A DNA stretch of 64,000 nucleotides from Tubiluchus corallicola (lineage: Eukaryota > Animalia > Priapulida), in the NCBI GenBank assembly GCA_030141605.1, contig JAQGDQ010000548.1, positions 1-64,000 of the forward strand. Direction: 5' to 3'. Shown here piece after piece: positions 14,354 to 29,488 of this stretch (the first letter of the stretch is position 1; each line of letters opens with the position of its first letter). The position numbers and the translations under genes are program-made. The notes beneath the pieces were generated by a model. That model saw only the letters and a list, made by a program, of their open reading frames with translations. It searched no databases and was not told where the DNA came from.

Positions 14354-14513
14354 TTTCTTTCCATAAGACTAATAATAACACAAACATCCCTAGGTAAATG
14401 TGCAGCTATTGAACGGAACTCAACTGTGCCATGAACCACACCATAATAATTTGCGCAATACCATCGGTCTTCAATTACAACCCGAGTAATGCTGCTTGTC
14501 AGGTTATTTGAAT
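14354..14513 (-). CDS. Candidate internal exon of the - strand gene
   Basis: tgcag acceptor and gtaatt donor; only one open frame: SNNLTSSITRVVIEDRWYCANYYGVVHGTVEFRSIAAHLPRDVCVIISLMER. Confidence 0.35.
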
Positions 14514-15189
14514 CTGCATGAGTATAGATTGCCGCATCATTATACACCTAGGTTTACACCTTTCAGGTAACAGTAATTACTCTACTGTCAATGCACACAT
14601 ATGCAAGCTTACTCGAGTCGAAACTAAGGCGTTATTGGTGGTTGATGTGGTTCATTTACCTCTACCATGTCAATTATTGTAACATGTGTTTACGCCACCT
14701 TCTAAGCATATATGTAAGTTATGGTGCCTCCCATATCGAGAGCACACTTATATATTACCTTATATTGCCAATATTGTACATCCAAGGCAAACTGTAAAAA
14801 CTATTTCAATTGTAAACGAAGTAGTAACACTATTGTTAAGTTTGTGGCACACCAAGCTCTGTTTACTATTAAATCAGCAATTGGTTTTAATTTACGACAT
14901 ACATGTTGCACGTTAAACTGTAGTAGTTATCTGTTAGAAAATGGATATAATATTTTGGCAAGGAAATTAGTGAAGAAAAAAGCTTTGATAGGAAACCAAC
15001 AGGAAATTGTTTATATGGCTAGAGACTGCATCGAATACCTAGAATGTAATGATTTTAATTTTTTAAACACAGCACAGCTGTAATCAATTCTAAATTACAT
15101 TGTTACATGTTAGGAGGGACGGCTCGAGGAAATGGAAAAGAGAGAAAAAAAGAGAGTTATATATCAATAATAAAATTCAAAAGCTTCAA

Positions 15190-15600
15190 CAAGTACACAA
15201 TTCAGCTGCTAGGTTAATCACTCGCTGTCAGAAATTTGACCATATCACTCTTATACTCAGAGTACTGCACTGATTGCCTAGCGAGCACAGAATTAAATTT
15301 AAAATGAATTTGATAGCTCACAAAGCAATCAATTATCTGGCTCCTACTTATCAGTACGTATCAGATAAGTAAACATATACATATCAGACCTTCTTAAACA
15401 ATATGTCCCTCGCAGAGCATTAAGATCGAACTCAAACAGAAGTAATATTGAAGTACCGCGCGGCAGGCTAGTCACAAGGTGATAAATCATTCAGTTCTGC
15501 TGCCTCCAAATTGTGGAATTCTTTGCTCCTGCAATTAAGTCAAATGATAATTTTAAAGTCTGAAAACTTACTACCTTAATGAAGCCTTCTGTTGAGCTAA
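15190..15600 (+). mobile_element. L2/CR1-group LINE 3' fragment (degenerate)
   Basis: decayed translation DHITLILRVLH*LP..RIKFK..KAINYLAPTY..DLLKQYVPRRALRS, typical of the L2 ORF2 C-terminus. Confidence 0.8.
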
Positions 15601-15822
15601 ACTTGCATTTTTTACGATTGTGTATGTTTTATGGCATTGCTTTTACTAAATTTTCCGTTTTTTTATTATTTTTCCTTTTTTGTCATATTCAATGTACTTC
15701 TAATCAATCAATGTGCCATCGTCTTAAATATCCTATGAATTAATTTTTTTGTAATTTTGATGATCTTTTATTTTGTAAGATGCATTTGATCATCATGTAA
15801 AATGCGTTAAAAATATTCAACA

Positions 15823-16155
<333 letters not shown>

Positions 16156-17595
16156 TGATTATTAAGCTAACACATAAGCATAAACAAAACGCATGTACGT
16201 GTCAGCTATTTAAATGGTCTTTAATCGGGCTACTTTAGATGAACAACATTAAATAAAGATACTAAAACACGACTTAGATTAAATCATCTCACCGTAGTCA
16301 AAGTGAATGGAAAGTGGGCAACTCAAAACATTAAAGCACTAGGCTAGTAATTGTTTACATATATATAAAACATATTTAAGTTAAACATAACAGTGGATTA
16401 ATAAATAAGCAAATTAATGTGAAATCAAACACTCGAGCCTTCACATGTGTTAAACTTTTATTATGTGTTTAGATACTTCTTAAGATTAAGTTGTAATATT
16501 AACACGCACCAAAGTTAGGATATCTAAACCCAAAGCTATTATTAAAGCATGGAATTTAATGGGTATTTAAATGTGCATTTATTTTCGTTTAACATGAGTT
16601 CTCTAAAAGCCAAATATACAGTAAATAGAAGGATTTGAGGAAATTTCATTAGCTGTAGAGCTTCTGTTGGTTTTATTTTACGCGCAGTTCTTATCGTTCA
16701 GTAAAACTGACCAGGAAATTTCCTGAAAACAGCCAGAGCAACCACTATACTTTGCTATAGTTCAGCAATTTGAGTCGTGTTACACGACAATACAACTGAG
16801 TGTGAGGTTTCAGGCTTCTGTGGCTGATGTCTGTTGTTATTTAGTGCAATTTGATGGTTATCTGATAATTGCTAGGATAGCTGAACTTCGAAAGTCAGTA
16901 AGAATATCTGAATTAGATTACTAAAAGATATAGCACAAAGCTTTTAGTAGCTAATACTAGAGTCCATGAATTCGTCGGTAGGCCTACTAAATATTTCCTT
17001 AATATTTTGTATGAACATATTTCATTTATTATTTTTCACACATAATGTAGCCTTTGGTCAACAGGAAGTTGATGTAAAAACCTCAGACAAGATACAAAAT
17101 CAATTTTGCAAGATTCTGCTAGAAACAATGCATAACAAAATCTGACTTCATGATCAAGAAAATACAAGTTCTTTCTTTACTTAAATCTGCCAGTATTTTG
17201 ATGAATGTTTGAACTACTTTGAAAAGTTTAATATTTTGGTCGTTGTTTAACAAAAGACTACCGTTTAAAAGAAGAAAAATTAAGGACGCAGTGTCTAAAT
17301 TAAGCACATTAACTGGTATTACGTCATTTTGAAATATGGCGGATAAACTGTGTACAGTTCTTAATAAGTACTTAATTACTTATCAAGTAATTCCTTAATA
17401 TAATAGGGGAAATCTTTGATTTTTCTTGTAATATTTCAGTGCGGGAAAGTCGGTTTCCAATTCCAATGGATTTTCCTACGAAAGATATCTCAATAAAAAT
17501 CTAATGCAATACTGCCAGGAAAATCAGCTATGTGCAGTTTCGCTTGGTGACACCAACTCTAGTCGGTCGAAGCTAGCACTGCTTGACTTTAAAGG

Positions 17596-17964
17596 TGTTG
17601 TGTTTCTTTCTCTCGGACGGCTCGTAGAGAAAACAAGAAAACACGTTGTCAAATTAAGCAGGTTTATTGTGTGAGAATTCCACAACACAAAGTATGAAGG
17701 AACGCAAAATATGTACAGTCACGTGATAGGAAAATAGCATACGATAATCCGAGAATCTGAGATTAATGTGAGAATATGAGAATAAACTCGAGCGGCCAGC
17801 CTTATATATCAATGCAAATGGACAACACCGGAACAATCTAGAAACTACTACGAGCATCTCGTATAGAAAGTTCTAGAATCTACGATTGCTTCTACAAGGT
17901 TAAAAAATGTTCTACTATACTATAGAACAGTCTACAATTTTCCATTAGGTTCTAATGCACAACA
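17596..17964 (-). mobile_element. Possible solo LTR
   Basis: perfect 7-bp inverted ends TGTTGTG...CACAACA; TATA then AATAAA in order on the - strand; no TSD. Confidence 0.45.
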
Positions 17965-17979
17965 AATCTCCACAGCAAA

Positions 17980-18537
17980 AGGAAAACCGGACTCCATCTT
18001 AAACTACCAGCACAAAACATTTCAAGAATGACTTACGCGAAGGGATTGCTGCTGAAAAAACATAATTTCGTTATGGTGCTGTTCTTCGCTGTTACATGCA
18101 TTTCGCCATTCGCTAGTTAGATGACCACTAGTGCCTGCTTCTGGGAAACGTGTTCCACAAAAAGACTGGTTTAAAGTTGTTCATTTGTGACGTAGTGCAC
18201 AAATTCGAGAACTCGTGCGTGAGCACAGCGGTAAACTTGAAATTTTAATTTTAAATAGAATTTGCCGAGTTTTTGTATATCACAAAAAAATGTTGTACAG
18301 TAGCACTGTACTTCAGTTTTTGCTTTCAAACACACGCAACACTCTCATCGAATGCTTACGCTATTGAAAATATGTTCTGTTGTGATGTCATGTCTAGCTG
18401 AGCTCGCCGGTCTTTCATTAAACTTTCAACCTCTTATTTAATTAACATAAACACTTTGGCATTATTACAGGTGTTAAAATGTATGCTCTTTAATGCTTCA
18501 AAATGGGGTAGAATATGAAAAATCGTCCTGTTTTCCT
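17980..18537 (-). mobile_element. Kolobok/T2-type element, diverged copy
   Basis: aggaaaaccggac...gaaaaatcgtcctgttttcct; collinear with 29494-30121. Confidence 0.75.
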
Positions 18538-19685
18538 TCTATGTAATAAATCACTGCAGATTAGGCTAAAGCAGCATTAGTACACTTCTTATTAACATTT
18601 AATTGGGTGAACGAAGAAACTTTCTCCAGGCAGGTGTGTATACATATTTTTATGCATTACTTGCGTAACGTCAATAAAAGATCACAGATAAAAGGCAAAC
18701 ATGAAGAAAAAACATTTTTCGAGTCCCTAATGAGAGCACGTACATCGCTACGTCAAATGTAGCTACATATTAACAGGCGAATCTCCATTTGTAGGACGAG
18801 TATTCTGCCTAGAAATAGCTCGAAAGCATAAATTTGCTGGCTAAACAATTGGCGTCTAGTATAATGTCAATCATTTTCGTTGACTGCCCAATCAGCATGC
18901 AAGTTAGTTCATACCCCTGCAGAGCTTACGTAGACGCAGATACGTTCGGGACATTTAGCTACAGCTGCGTCTAATGCCGTTATGAAAAATGCTCAACTTT
19001 TCATTAGTTAGCGGGAGAAATATTGGCCTGGTTCTAGATTTATTATTGTCAATTGAAATTGCAAGTGAATTGGGACAATTTTTAAGTAAGGACGAATTAA
19101 CGTAAAGAGGTTAACCCCAATGAGATTTTCATTGTCAAAATTTATTCAAATGTGGTCAAAACTTATATTATACATCAATGTAATATTAGTTAATTTTACG
19201 CTATTTTTTTGATTATAATAATGCTTTTCTGATTGCAATTGGGACTTATGTGACTCGGGCATTCAATATAAAGTTCGTCGATGGAATGGAACAATCAAAT
19301 TTATTCCATTTCCGTAGCTTGACAAACGGAAAAATACAGAAACTGAATAAATCTTGCAGACGAGCACATGATCAGTTAATATGAAAAAATACATCGCAGG
19401 CTTGATGTTCGTATGTTCAAAGGCAAGAGAGACTTAATATTATTTTTGTTCCTCATTTATTATAAAGCAAGGATAACTGGTTTAATTTCTTTATTATATT
19501 TATGTCTCTGTATTTTGTAGTGGTTTGAAACTTCGTCTCTACATCCTGTTTAAATTGAAAAGTCATTTTTTAGCTACTTGAAGTGTTAATTTCGTGTAAA
19601 AAATAGCTGCTGCCCTGCAAATTTATGTTTATGAAAAGTAAAATCAGTTTATCTGCTGATTAGACATTAGTTGTGACTGCCATGT

Positions 19686-20767
19686 TGTTTTGTTTAGTTT
19701 AGTTTAGTTTAGTTTAGTTTAGTTTAGTTTAGTTTAGTTTAGTTTAGTTTAGTTTAGTTTAGTTTAGTTTAGTTTAGTTTAGTTTAGTTTAGTTTAGTTT
19801 AGTTTAGTTTAGTTTAGTTTAGTTTAGTTTAGTTTAGTTTAGTTTAGTTTAGTTTAGTTTAGTTTAGTTTAGTTTAGTTTAGTTTAGTTTAGTTTAGTTT
19901 AGTTTAGTTTAGTTTAGTTTAGTTTAGTTTAGTTTAGTTTAGTTTAGTTTAGTTTAGTTTAGTTTAGTTTAGTTTAGTTTAGTTTAGTTTAGTTTAGTTT
20001 AGTTTAGTTTAGTTTAGTTTAGTTTAGTTTTAGTTTAGTTTGGTTTGGTTTGGTTTAGTTTAGTTTAGTTTAGTTTAGTTTAGTTTAGTTTAGTTTAGTT
20101 TAGTTTAGTTTAGTTTAGTTTTAGGTTTAGTTTAGTTTAGTTTAGTTTAGTTTAGTTTAGTTTAGTTTAGTTTAGTTTAGTTTAGTTTAGTTTAGTTTAG
20201 TTTAGTTTAGTTTAGTTTAGTTTAGTTTAGTTTAGGTTTAGTTTAGTTTAGTTTAGTTTAGTTTAGTTTAGTTTAGTTTAGTTTAGTTTAGTTTAGTTTA
20301 GTTTAGTTTAGTTTAGTTTAGTTTAGGTTAGGTTTAGTTTAGTTTAGTTTAGTTTAGTTTAGTTTAGTTTAGTTTAGTTTAGTTTAGTTTAGTTTAGTTT
20401 AGTTTAGTTTAGTTTAGTTTAGTTTAGTTTAGTTTAGTTTAGTTTAGTTTAGTTTAGTTTAGTTTAGTTTAGTTTAGTTTAGTTTAGTTTAGTTTAGTTT
20501 AGTTTAGTTTAGTTTAGTTTAGTTTAGTTTAGTTTAGTTTAGTTTAGTTTAGTTTAGTTTAGTTTAGGTTTAGGTCTAGTTTAGGTTTAGTTTAGGTTTA
20601 GTTTAGGTTTAGTTTAGGTTTAGCTTAGTTTAGTTTAGTTTAGTTAGTTTAGGTTTAGCTTAGTTTAGTTTAGTTTAGTTTAGTTTAGTTTAGTTTAGTT
20701 TAGTTTAGTTTAGTTTAGTTTAGTTTAGTTTAGTTTAGTTTAGTTTAGTTTAGCTTAGCTTAGCTTA
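19686..20767. repeat. (TTTAG)n pentanucleotide array, about 1.1 kb
   Basis: direct reading; occasional TTTAGG, TTTGG and CTTAG variants. Confidence 0.98.
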
Positions 20768-21699
20768 GACAGTTGTTGTCCCGAATGCCGCTGAGCGTGC
20801 TTACGTCACAGCGGAGGCGGAGCGATAGACCAATACCCCAATACGTAGGTATAGGTAAACGTGGCTTTTCATCAAGAGCCCATCTTTAAGACACACATAA
20901 TAGATACGAACTGAGCCACGTTAGACAATGGCAGAGGAAACGCAGTATTCATATAGAATCAATTAATTGTTGATTTCACGTTTGATTTGGAAAGCAGTTT
21001 TGAGTTTCTCTTCACATTACAGTTTCCATGCGGCGGGGCAAAATTACAGAATTAAACTTAAATTTCCAATTCCAGAGCTCCTGGTGCATTCGCCTGAGGT
21101 AGGCGCTGATAATTCGTTCCTGAATCTAGCAAATTTACAACTGGGACATTTAAAAGACATAAATATTACAAAACCAAAATCTTTTTCTCCGCTCCCAAAG
21201 AACGGCAAGACTAATGGTAAGTCGTTTTGCTGGAATTTATACTGATAGTTTCGTAAAAGCTCTTGACATCCATCACATCCTTCTGCCAAATTCACGAAAA
21301 GGGAGGGTCAGAAGGTAAGGATGTTTTGAAAGGTGTAGTACAGAAACACTATTTTTTATTACGACAACAGCAAAGAACAATACAGTATATAACAAAACAT
21401 GATATGCTAGTTACACTATATAGAATTTCATATTTATAGTAATGTTTTAATAATATGAGCATGCAGTGATATCTACATAAATTGTTGATTGTATTATAGT
21501 CCAGAAGCATAGTTTGCGTGACTATAATGCAATTAATGGTGAAGGTGCTAGAGAGCAAAAACGGAAAGTATAATGGAAAATGCTGGAAGCAGAAATGAGT
21601 AGGGTTAGGTTAGTGAAATGCTGTTATTTTTATGAAACATAATTTATATTATGTTTGGATCATTCAGTTTTGACAACATGATTCGGGATCCTGCCAGTA

Positions 21700-22525
21700 C
21701 AACATGTTTACATATTTACACCGAAAATTCATAAAGATATACGCCTTATATAAAGAAAACCGAACCTTAGCTGAGAACTATTTTTGTTGGACTACTTTTG
21801 TTAAGTATGTATTACGTGTATACGGCTTTGAACATGTTTGGAATAATCAGACAAGGTTTTCACCTAAGCGATCACTTAATAAATTAGAAGAAAAAATAAA
21901 AACTGATTATACCCTATAAAGGAAAGAAGAAACCCATAATGATAACAAACCTGCTGGACAAAACAAACTGCGAACGTATCGAACCTTCAAAAAACAATAT
22001 CAACTAGGAAACTATTTACTTTCTGGTTATTCTAAATATGTTATAACAAAATTTACAAAACTGACAATCAGCTCTCATACTTTGTTTATTGAAAAAAAGG
22101 ATGTACGTTAAGCCTAGAAAAATTCCGGCTCAGAATCGTATATGCACAAATTGTCTAAAGAATGTAATCGAAGACAAATTACACTTTGTTATAAAATGTT
22201 AATATTACAATGATTTTGGAGGAAAATTATATAACAAATCAGTGCAATTATACCAGAATTTTTCCTTATGAGCGATGCTGATATATTTTTATTCTTGATG
22301 AGAAGTAATGATTTAGAAGTAATTAAGGCATTCATCGGTGATGTTTAAGACATGATTAACATATACTATGTAATGATCATATAATTGAAAATGAGGCCTA
22401 ATGAATGACAATTTATTTATTTTCTGTAGTGTCACTATATTTCTAAATTGAAATTGTATGTATGTCTTGTTTTTTTCTTGTATTGTATGTATTTTTGGCA
22501 CTAATAAATACGAATATGAATATAT
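21700..22525 (+). mobile_element. Non-LTR retrotransposon 3' fragment with C-terminal CCHC finger (RTEX/L1-like)
   Basis: NKLRTYRTFKKQY...KLTISSHTLFIEK...RICTNCLKNVIEDKLHFVIKC with stops and frameshifts; ends in aataaa plus short-repeat tail. Confidence 0.8.
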
Positions 22526-23356
22526 GTACATTACAAAATATACAATATTTACATGTTTACAAATATTAAAGAAAGCAGTTCAGTTGAACTTGACTAGTAT
22601 GGCCTATGTATGGTATGAAATGATGTTAATGAGAAAGATTATTATAATTGCATTTAGCATATCGCAAAAATATGTATACATTTATTACAGAAGTACACTC
22701 TAGACCATTCTGGTGCGCAATGTGAATGTGATCAATATCTATTATATTAATATTCTTGGTATCTTAATATATATATAGGATTATATATATATCAGATTCG
22801 AGGCTACAGCTTCGACGAGGGCACCATTTGCGGCGATCTATACATCAAACGAAAGGTCTCAATCTAGTTTAATATGAATCCAAGAATGAAATTATCAAGC
22901 TTTTTTGAACCTTAGTAACAAAGATATTGACTTTATATTAGTAGGACAGCGTTCTTCATGTGGAAAAGGGATGACAACTTTTATTTTACAGGTTTATTAC
23001 AATGTTTAATTACAACGCAATAAGGTGTATGATTACTCTCATCTTGTCAGTTTTCTGCAGGTAGCGTGATTTTGACACGTCACTAGGTTTGAGGATAATG
23101 AAGCACAGCACACCAATGAGAACACTGTAATTACAGCAAGGTTGCGCGTGCATGATGAAGCTCATATATATTAAACAAGCATAAAAAACTAAAATATCTT
23201 GCTCGAGAACCGTGAGAATCTTGACAAATTAATGGTGGCGCTCAATTTACGTATAGTTATTATTGCGTGCCGAGGGTAGGCGTTATTATGTACGTCATAG
23301 CTGTCTCTACCCATGCAACTGCTGATGCACAAATTTTGTCAAAATTTCTTTCTTAC

Positions 23357-23487
23357 AAATACTCTTTCAAGCAGCGCAGCAGATTGTTAAAGGGTTTCCC
23401 GTAGTTTGGTGCAGCGCTCACAACGATAATAATCATAGTTGTATTAGTAACAAGCGTGAAAACGAACGAAAGGACAGCAATATTCAT
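23357..23487 (-). CDS. Candidate first coding exon with signal peptide of the - strand gene
   Basis: MNIAVLSFVFTLVTNTTMIIIVVSA/APNYGKPFNNLLRCLKEY then gtaag donor; can splice in frame to 23124-23037. Confidence 0.35.
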
Positions 23488-23709
23488 AATGCTGCAAACA
23501 GACGCAAGATGTCGCCTGAAATTGTGTACAGGCGGGAAAAGACATGTTTTGTTCGTTGGTACAAATCTCAAGCATTACTGTACGCCTTGGTTTTTCATCT
23601 GCAGAATAAAGCGAGGCAGGATTAAGACTTCAGGAGAGTCTGGTACCCCATGTTATGTGAAAAACGATACTAATTTGTAAAATGAAATTTTATCTTTCGA
23701 AACAAAAAA

Positions 23710-23925
23710 AACTTGCAGTAATCTTATTTACAGTAAATGCTAGGTCATCAACTTTCCATTGCTTAAAAATGTGATATTAGATTAAAAATATAGAGACAAC
23801 ATTATACAATCATTTATAAACTTGCAGTAAGATTTATTTACAGTAAATGCTAGGGCATCAACTTTCCATTGCTTAAAAATGTGATATTAGATTAAAAATA
23901 TAGAGACAACATTATATAATCAATC
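23710..23925. repeat. Tandem duplication of about 110 bp
   Basis: acttgcagtaa...gagacaacattata occurs twice. Confidence 0.9.
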
Positions 23926-24919
23926 AATGTCGTCATACGAGCGGTGAGCAGCTGCTTAGTACCGAGAATCTCAATATCCATCGGTACTGTCATATTGTAA
24001 ACAAACACAGAAACCGCCACACAAATTCCCGTATATTTTACTTTTGGGTAATTATTCTATTTAAAAAACCATGTGGTCCCCTCTTCCCGGAGGCCCTAAG
24101 CACCTGCTTATTTTGCTTAATGGTTAGGTTAATCCAGGGCTGGAAAAATGAAAACTGCAAACTAATGATGTTATACGTACTGTTTTTATTTCCCTAGATG
24201 ACATTTCTGTCTTAATCGTCGCCATCGTTTCTTCGGTGTCGTCATCGCCGTCGTAATTACCTATATGTAACTTAAGGATTGCTATAGTAACTTTATTATT
24301 CTGTGTTATTCTTCTATTTTGATCTGTCTGTTTGAACAGCACGATGAGCAACGGTTAAAACGAAACGTTTTATTGCCTGTTTTACAGTGAACGTCAGTAA
24401 TAATTTATTACACTAGAATTAAATCCGCCAGTGATAAAACAAAATGAGCCAGTTTGCAGCGCACGAAAAACAGAAGTGATTTCTGGCTTCTTTTTTGCAA
24501 AACGATAATTTTCCCACGATTTGAGCTTTGAAAAAAGGACATGCATATGGTTCAAAGTATCCACTGTAGTGAAAAATAACTCGTGTTAGATGCTTGCAAA
24601 TCGCACACATGCGCAAATCTTTCAGTAACTCTTGCCTTCAATTGAAGGTAAATCATTATAACGACTCACCTTTTACTGAAAACTCAAACAGGCTGGAAAA
24701 TACCTGGTTTTATGTAATAACTACTTTGTGCAACATTGTTCATATTAACCCGTTCCAAACAACTTTTTTGTCGTCACAGTTTTCAATGCATAGCAATTTA
24801 TAAAACACCATTAACATTATTGTTGCTACGTAAATTTTAAAACTGTCTTGTCCTGTCCTGTCTTACTCTGTAGGCCAAGTGTCAAAATAACTTAATTCTT
24901 AAAATATAAGCGTCAGTCT

Positions 24920-25155
24920 AGAAGCCGCGCAGACACGCAATTTTCAATTGCGCAACAAAAAACCGCACGTCTGCGTGCTCTCATTAAACACAGTATATTA
25001 CAAAACAGTAGCTTATCTAAAAGTTTGAGGTCAGATTGCAATTTTTAGCAGCACAATTTTAGTTGCATATATCTGCGCGGTCTCATAGACTTTAGTTTTT
25101 TGCAGATTTTGCAGTTTTTGTACAACTGAAAATTGCATGTTTACGCGGGGCGTTA
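24920..25155. mobile_element. PIF/Harbinger-like palindromic MITE
   Basis: gccgcgcagacacgcaattttcaattgc vs caactgaaaattgcatgtttacgcggggc inverted ends, with internal inverted copies. Confidence 0.6.
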
Positions 25156-25924
25156 GCAAACAATAGGAAAACCGAGTCCGCTACAGTAACAATAACATAA
25201 CAATAACAATTGAAATTACTGTCAATAACTTTACATTAACAACACTTACATTAAGATTACAATAACTTCATTTTTTATTTTGAGATACTTTTGAGTTTTT
25301 ATAATTGCTGTAATGATCGTAATTCTACTAGTCTCATATCCACGAAACTCATTGTAAGTGTTGTTTGCTTAATAAGTGTCTTCACTCTTATATTCAACTA
25401 ATATATAAAATTATTCAAGTTATGTCTTAATAAAAAAGCCATTAATAATTGCATTAGCAGTTCTCACTTTCCCAGAGTTAGGAATCTTGATCGTGTAGAC
25501 TGCAGCTCATGTGTCAAGCTGATGGCAAAGTTTTGAGTTCTCAGAAACAGCTGCAAATTAAGTTGCAAAATTTTTTAGACAACCACGGGAGGCAACAGCG
25601 GGTTACTACACTTGGTTTCCTAAAGTTAAACGTTACCAGCTCCGGCTTTAACTGGCTTGACGAGTTCTTCTCAGATTCGGTAGCCGTCAATTTTATCTGT
25701 TCTATGTAATAGCTCTATAATAAGCTATATAATAAGACACATATAGGGTATTTTTTCTCTAACACTAATGCTGTTGGAATTTTTTGCTCATTGTTAACTT
25801 ATTTTTGTTTTGTGAGGTTTTCAAAATAATTCATACCTTTGCATCTAAATACCAGATGACTTGTGTGGGGCTACCAAGTCAAGACATGAGCTCAACATGA
25901 GGTCATGAAATGCTCATATATGAC

Positions 25925-26525
25925 TCATAAGCATGAAGTTCTGATGTCATCCTGATGTCATAGAATACTAAAGCATGAGGTCATGAAAATAATGAAGTTC
26001 TGATGTCATCCTGATGTCACAGGATACTCATAAGCATGAGGTCATGAAAATAATGAAGTTCTGATGTCATCCTGATGTCACAGCATACTCATAAGCATGA
26101 GGTCATGAAAATAATGAAGTTTTGATGTCATCCTGATGTCACAGGATACTCATAAGCATGAGGTCATGAAAATAATGAAGTTTTGATGTCATCCTGATGT
26201 CATAGAATACTCAAGCATGAGGTCATGAAAATAATGAAGTTCTGATGTCATCCTGATGTCATAGAATACTAAAGCATGAGGTCATGAAAATAATGAAGTT
26301 CTGATGTCATCCTTATGTCACAGGATACTCATAAGCATGAGGTCATGAAAATAATGAAGTTCTGATGTCATCCTAATGTCACAGGATACTCATAAGCATG
26401 AGGTCATGAAAATAATGAAGTTCTGATGTCATCCTGATGTCACAGGATACTCATAAGCATAAGGTCATGAAAATAATGAAGTTCTGATGTCATCCTGATG
26501 TCATAGAATACTCATAAGCATGGGA
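25925..26525. repeat. About 61-bp minisatellite, about 10 copies
   Basis: gcatgaggtcatgaaaataatgaagttctgatgtcatcctgatgtcacaggatactcataa. Confidence 0.95.
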
Positions 26526-27691
26526 ACATAATGATGTCATACTGGGCTCTTAAGCATGAGGTCTTCATATGGCAGTCAAAATCATGATGTTAAACTGAGT
26601 TCATAATTTATTCAAGTGTATGACCTCATAGAAACATCATAATCATAATAGCAATGAAAAGATTTTATATTTGAAGTAAATAGGCTAACATTGTGTATGC
26701 TTAAGTTAAAGGCACACAGTAAAATTTTGACGTCTATTTATGCCTATTTTAATCATTTTCTGCACCGTACACATGGTTATTTCGTATTGCTTATCATTAG
26801 CGAACTCATCTGCTGGAATTGGGATTCTACATTTTCCATAAAACGTTTTTCATTTTTCACATCCTACAATTTATACGTGCAGTAATCCTTTCATTCCGTC
26901 CTAAGCAAGGTGTTTTGATGATTTAAGAGTTTTGCGCTTCCTTGCACTTCACGGTGTGACGTTCGTTGAAAATCTCGTCATGGAATAAAATGATCAAAAT
27001 TTAATGAGCAAAAGCGAAAGCATGAGCAATTTGACTTGCAAAAAGTTTACCACATTCACAATTATGTAGGTTGGCAAGCTCGGAAATGCAGCTACATTTC
27101 GAAATCCACACGAGACCACAGTCATGCAATACCTGACAACATTCCAGCACGTCACAACCACTGCTTAAGTGAGTTTGACATAAGATGATTACGTTCTATG
27201 ATTTAAAGCATGATTTACTAACATGCTACAAGTTAATCTGCAAGGAGGATGAAAGCATATATGACGTAACCATTGACATTTGACGCTTCACTTAGCATGT
27301 AAACAGCAAGAGAAACGTTGCTTGATGTGATAATGAATAGTGTACTTTTTCTGTTAAATTACGTAATAGGGTTTGTCATTTTAACCAGCTACCAAGTAAA
27401 AATGATTTGACTCTGGAAACCTGTTATCATAAAGGCACTTCTTGCACAGAACGCCAACCATCATAATGCCAATTCGCCTCCAACAAGCCATCCGGCACTC
27501 TAGCTTTACCTCATTGATCATGAAATAATAATGGCAAACAGCCTATTGGTTCGTTTATGTGCATAGCAACCAAAGTAAGTCAACACTGAGTCCGGTTAAG
27601 AAATGGATGAGTGAGCATATATTTTTATTATTCGTTGTAGGAGCTTCACTTGAAATACTGGCTTTCTGGCTGTTTCTCTCATGAAGCGATG

Positions 27692-27722
<31 letters not shown>

Positions 27723-27755
27723 GGCTAAGACACTGCTGTCGGTAAGACAGGTTAA

Positions 27756-28352
27756 AGGAAGACAGGATGATTTTTCATAAACTACCCCACTTTCAAGTAT
27801 ACATAATAAAGAGTATACATTTTAACACAATCAATGCTGCAAAAGAGTTTCTGATAATTAAATAATAAACTAAAAACATAACTAACGGCGGGCGAACCCA
27901 ACTATGGATGACATCACAAACTAACATAATTTTCAACATGAAAAATATTCCTCCAGCGTGTTGCACGTGTTTGCGAAAGCGAAAATTGAAGTACAATGCT
28001 ACTGTAAGAACTTCAGTGTGTTGTACTAAAACTAGACAAGTTCTAAGATAAAAATTCAAATTTTAAAGTTACCAATGTGCTCACGCATGAGCTGTTGAAC
28101 GTGTGTAGTTCAAACTAGCACATATGAATTGAATGGTACAGTACCTGCTTTTTGTGCAATGCGTTTCCGAAATGCAGGCATCAGTGACCGTCTATCTAGC
28201 GAATGACGAAATGCACGTGACAGCGAAGGAGTAGTGGCGCGAACGTGAAATTGTGTTTGTTTGGTAATAATTCTTTCACGTAAGTCATTTTTTAAAAAAC
28301 AGAGTTCCCTTTCAATATTTTAAAGAGTAGGGGTTTTGACCTACTGTCTAGA
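27756..28352 (+). mobile_element. Kolobok/T2-type element, 3'-truncated copy
   Basis: ttaa|aggaagacaggatgattttt start; body matches the other copies. Confidence 0.8.
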
Positions 28353-29455
28353 TAGCAGTTTTCACAGACCGAACTATAAAAAATGTTGACTTGCTAAACG
28401 CATATTTACGCTTCATGCATATATGTTATGAAATCTGTAAAACGTATTTTTGGCACGTTTGATTTTTTTAATTAATACCCACCATAAAGGTAACGACTCC
28501 AGAAATCTATGTTTAAACTTCTGCACGTACTTCATGGACCAAATTTAACTAGTTGTAACAAATTCCTTTGACAAATGGAAAAATTGAAAAAACACTTTTC
28601 GTGTAACGTGAATTTTTCAAAATTTTGTTTTTCACTTTTTAAATAAGACGTTTTTTCATACAGTTTGACATACTACAAGTCGAAATTCAAAGTTCAATGA
28701 CAGTCCTACTTTATAATAGATGATTGTGGCAAAACCGGTATCTAATCTCGCGATCAATGATAATACACTGAGATACGTGTCACTAAACTGGGACAGGTGT
28801 CTTAACGCCACCGCCCCAATACACCTCTCAAAACAAGTATTGAACCTGGCGTTCATCAATCTATTCACTGACAAGCCTCGGTGTTGATGTGACACCGTGA
28901 CTATTCAGCTATTCTGTGCACAGGCTTTGTTTTTTAAGAAATTTGGTGACTAAACAGTACAAAAACACGTATATAGGCATTTTCCGTACATAGTATCACT
29001 CAGTGATTGACTGATTGATTGATTATGTTAATGATTAGCTAATGATTCACTTACCTTAGTAGGAGTTATCAGTGCCTGTTTTTCGTTAAAAATAAACAAA
29101 CGTCTCAGCACTATTAGCACACAGGATGTATAACACAGACATGTCATTTAATTATTTACACACACATGAATCTCTGGCGAAGCCCTTACACAAACAACGC
29201 CTGTTCGAGGATAGCGATGCGACCAAGCAAATTGCCTTCTAGAGGATGTGTTATGAACGTCACAAATGAAGCCACGTACATTAACGCAGCTGATGTCTTA
29301 TGTGTCCCTCTGTAGCACAAAGTTTGGAAAGAACCCGAGAGTGTCTCACTACAATAGAATTTGCAGCAGTTTTAAGTACTAATCTGTCGCAAAGGGGTGC
29401 TTATAATTTAATCCACAAAACCTTTCCAACTATGCAGGGCTCGATGAATGCACGT

Positions 29456-29488
29456 ATGAAACTTGCGTGGTTCAGCACCTCCAACAAG
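29456..29488 (+). CDS. Candidate first coding exon of the pentraxin gene (MKLAWFSTSNK)
   Basis: ATG...AAG|gttaaa in phase 0 would complete a plausible signal peptide with exon A; donor is weak and there is no independent support. Confidence 0.25.

Noticed and set aside
19686-20767. Telomere or interstitial telomeric repeat
   Set aside because: The unit is TTTAG, not TTAGGG or TTAGG, and it is attached to a dispersed repeat.
25925-26525. Hammerhead-containing satellite
   Set aside because: It has CTGATGT rather than CTGANGA and no correctly placed stems.
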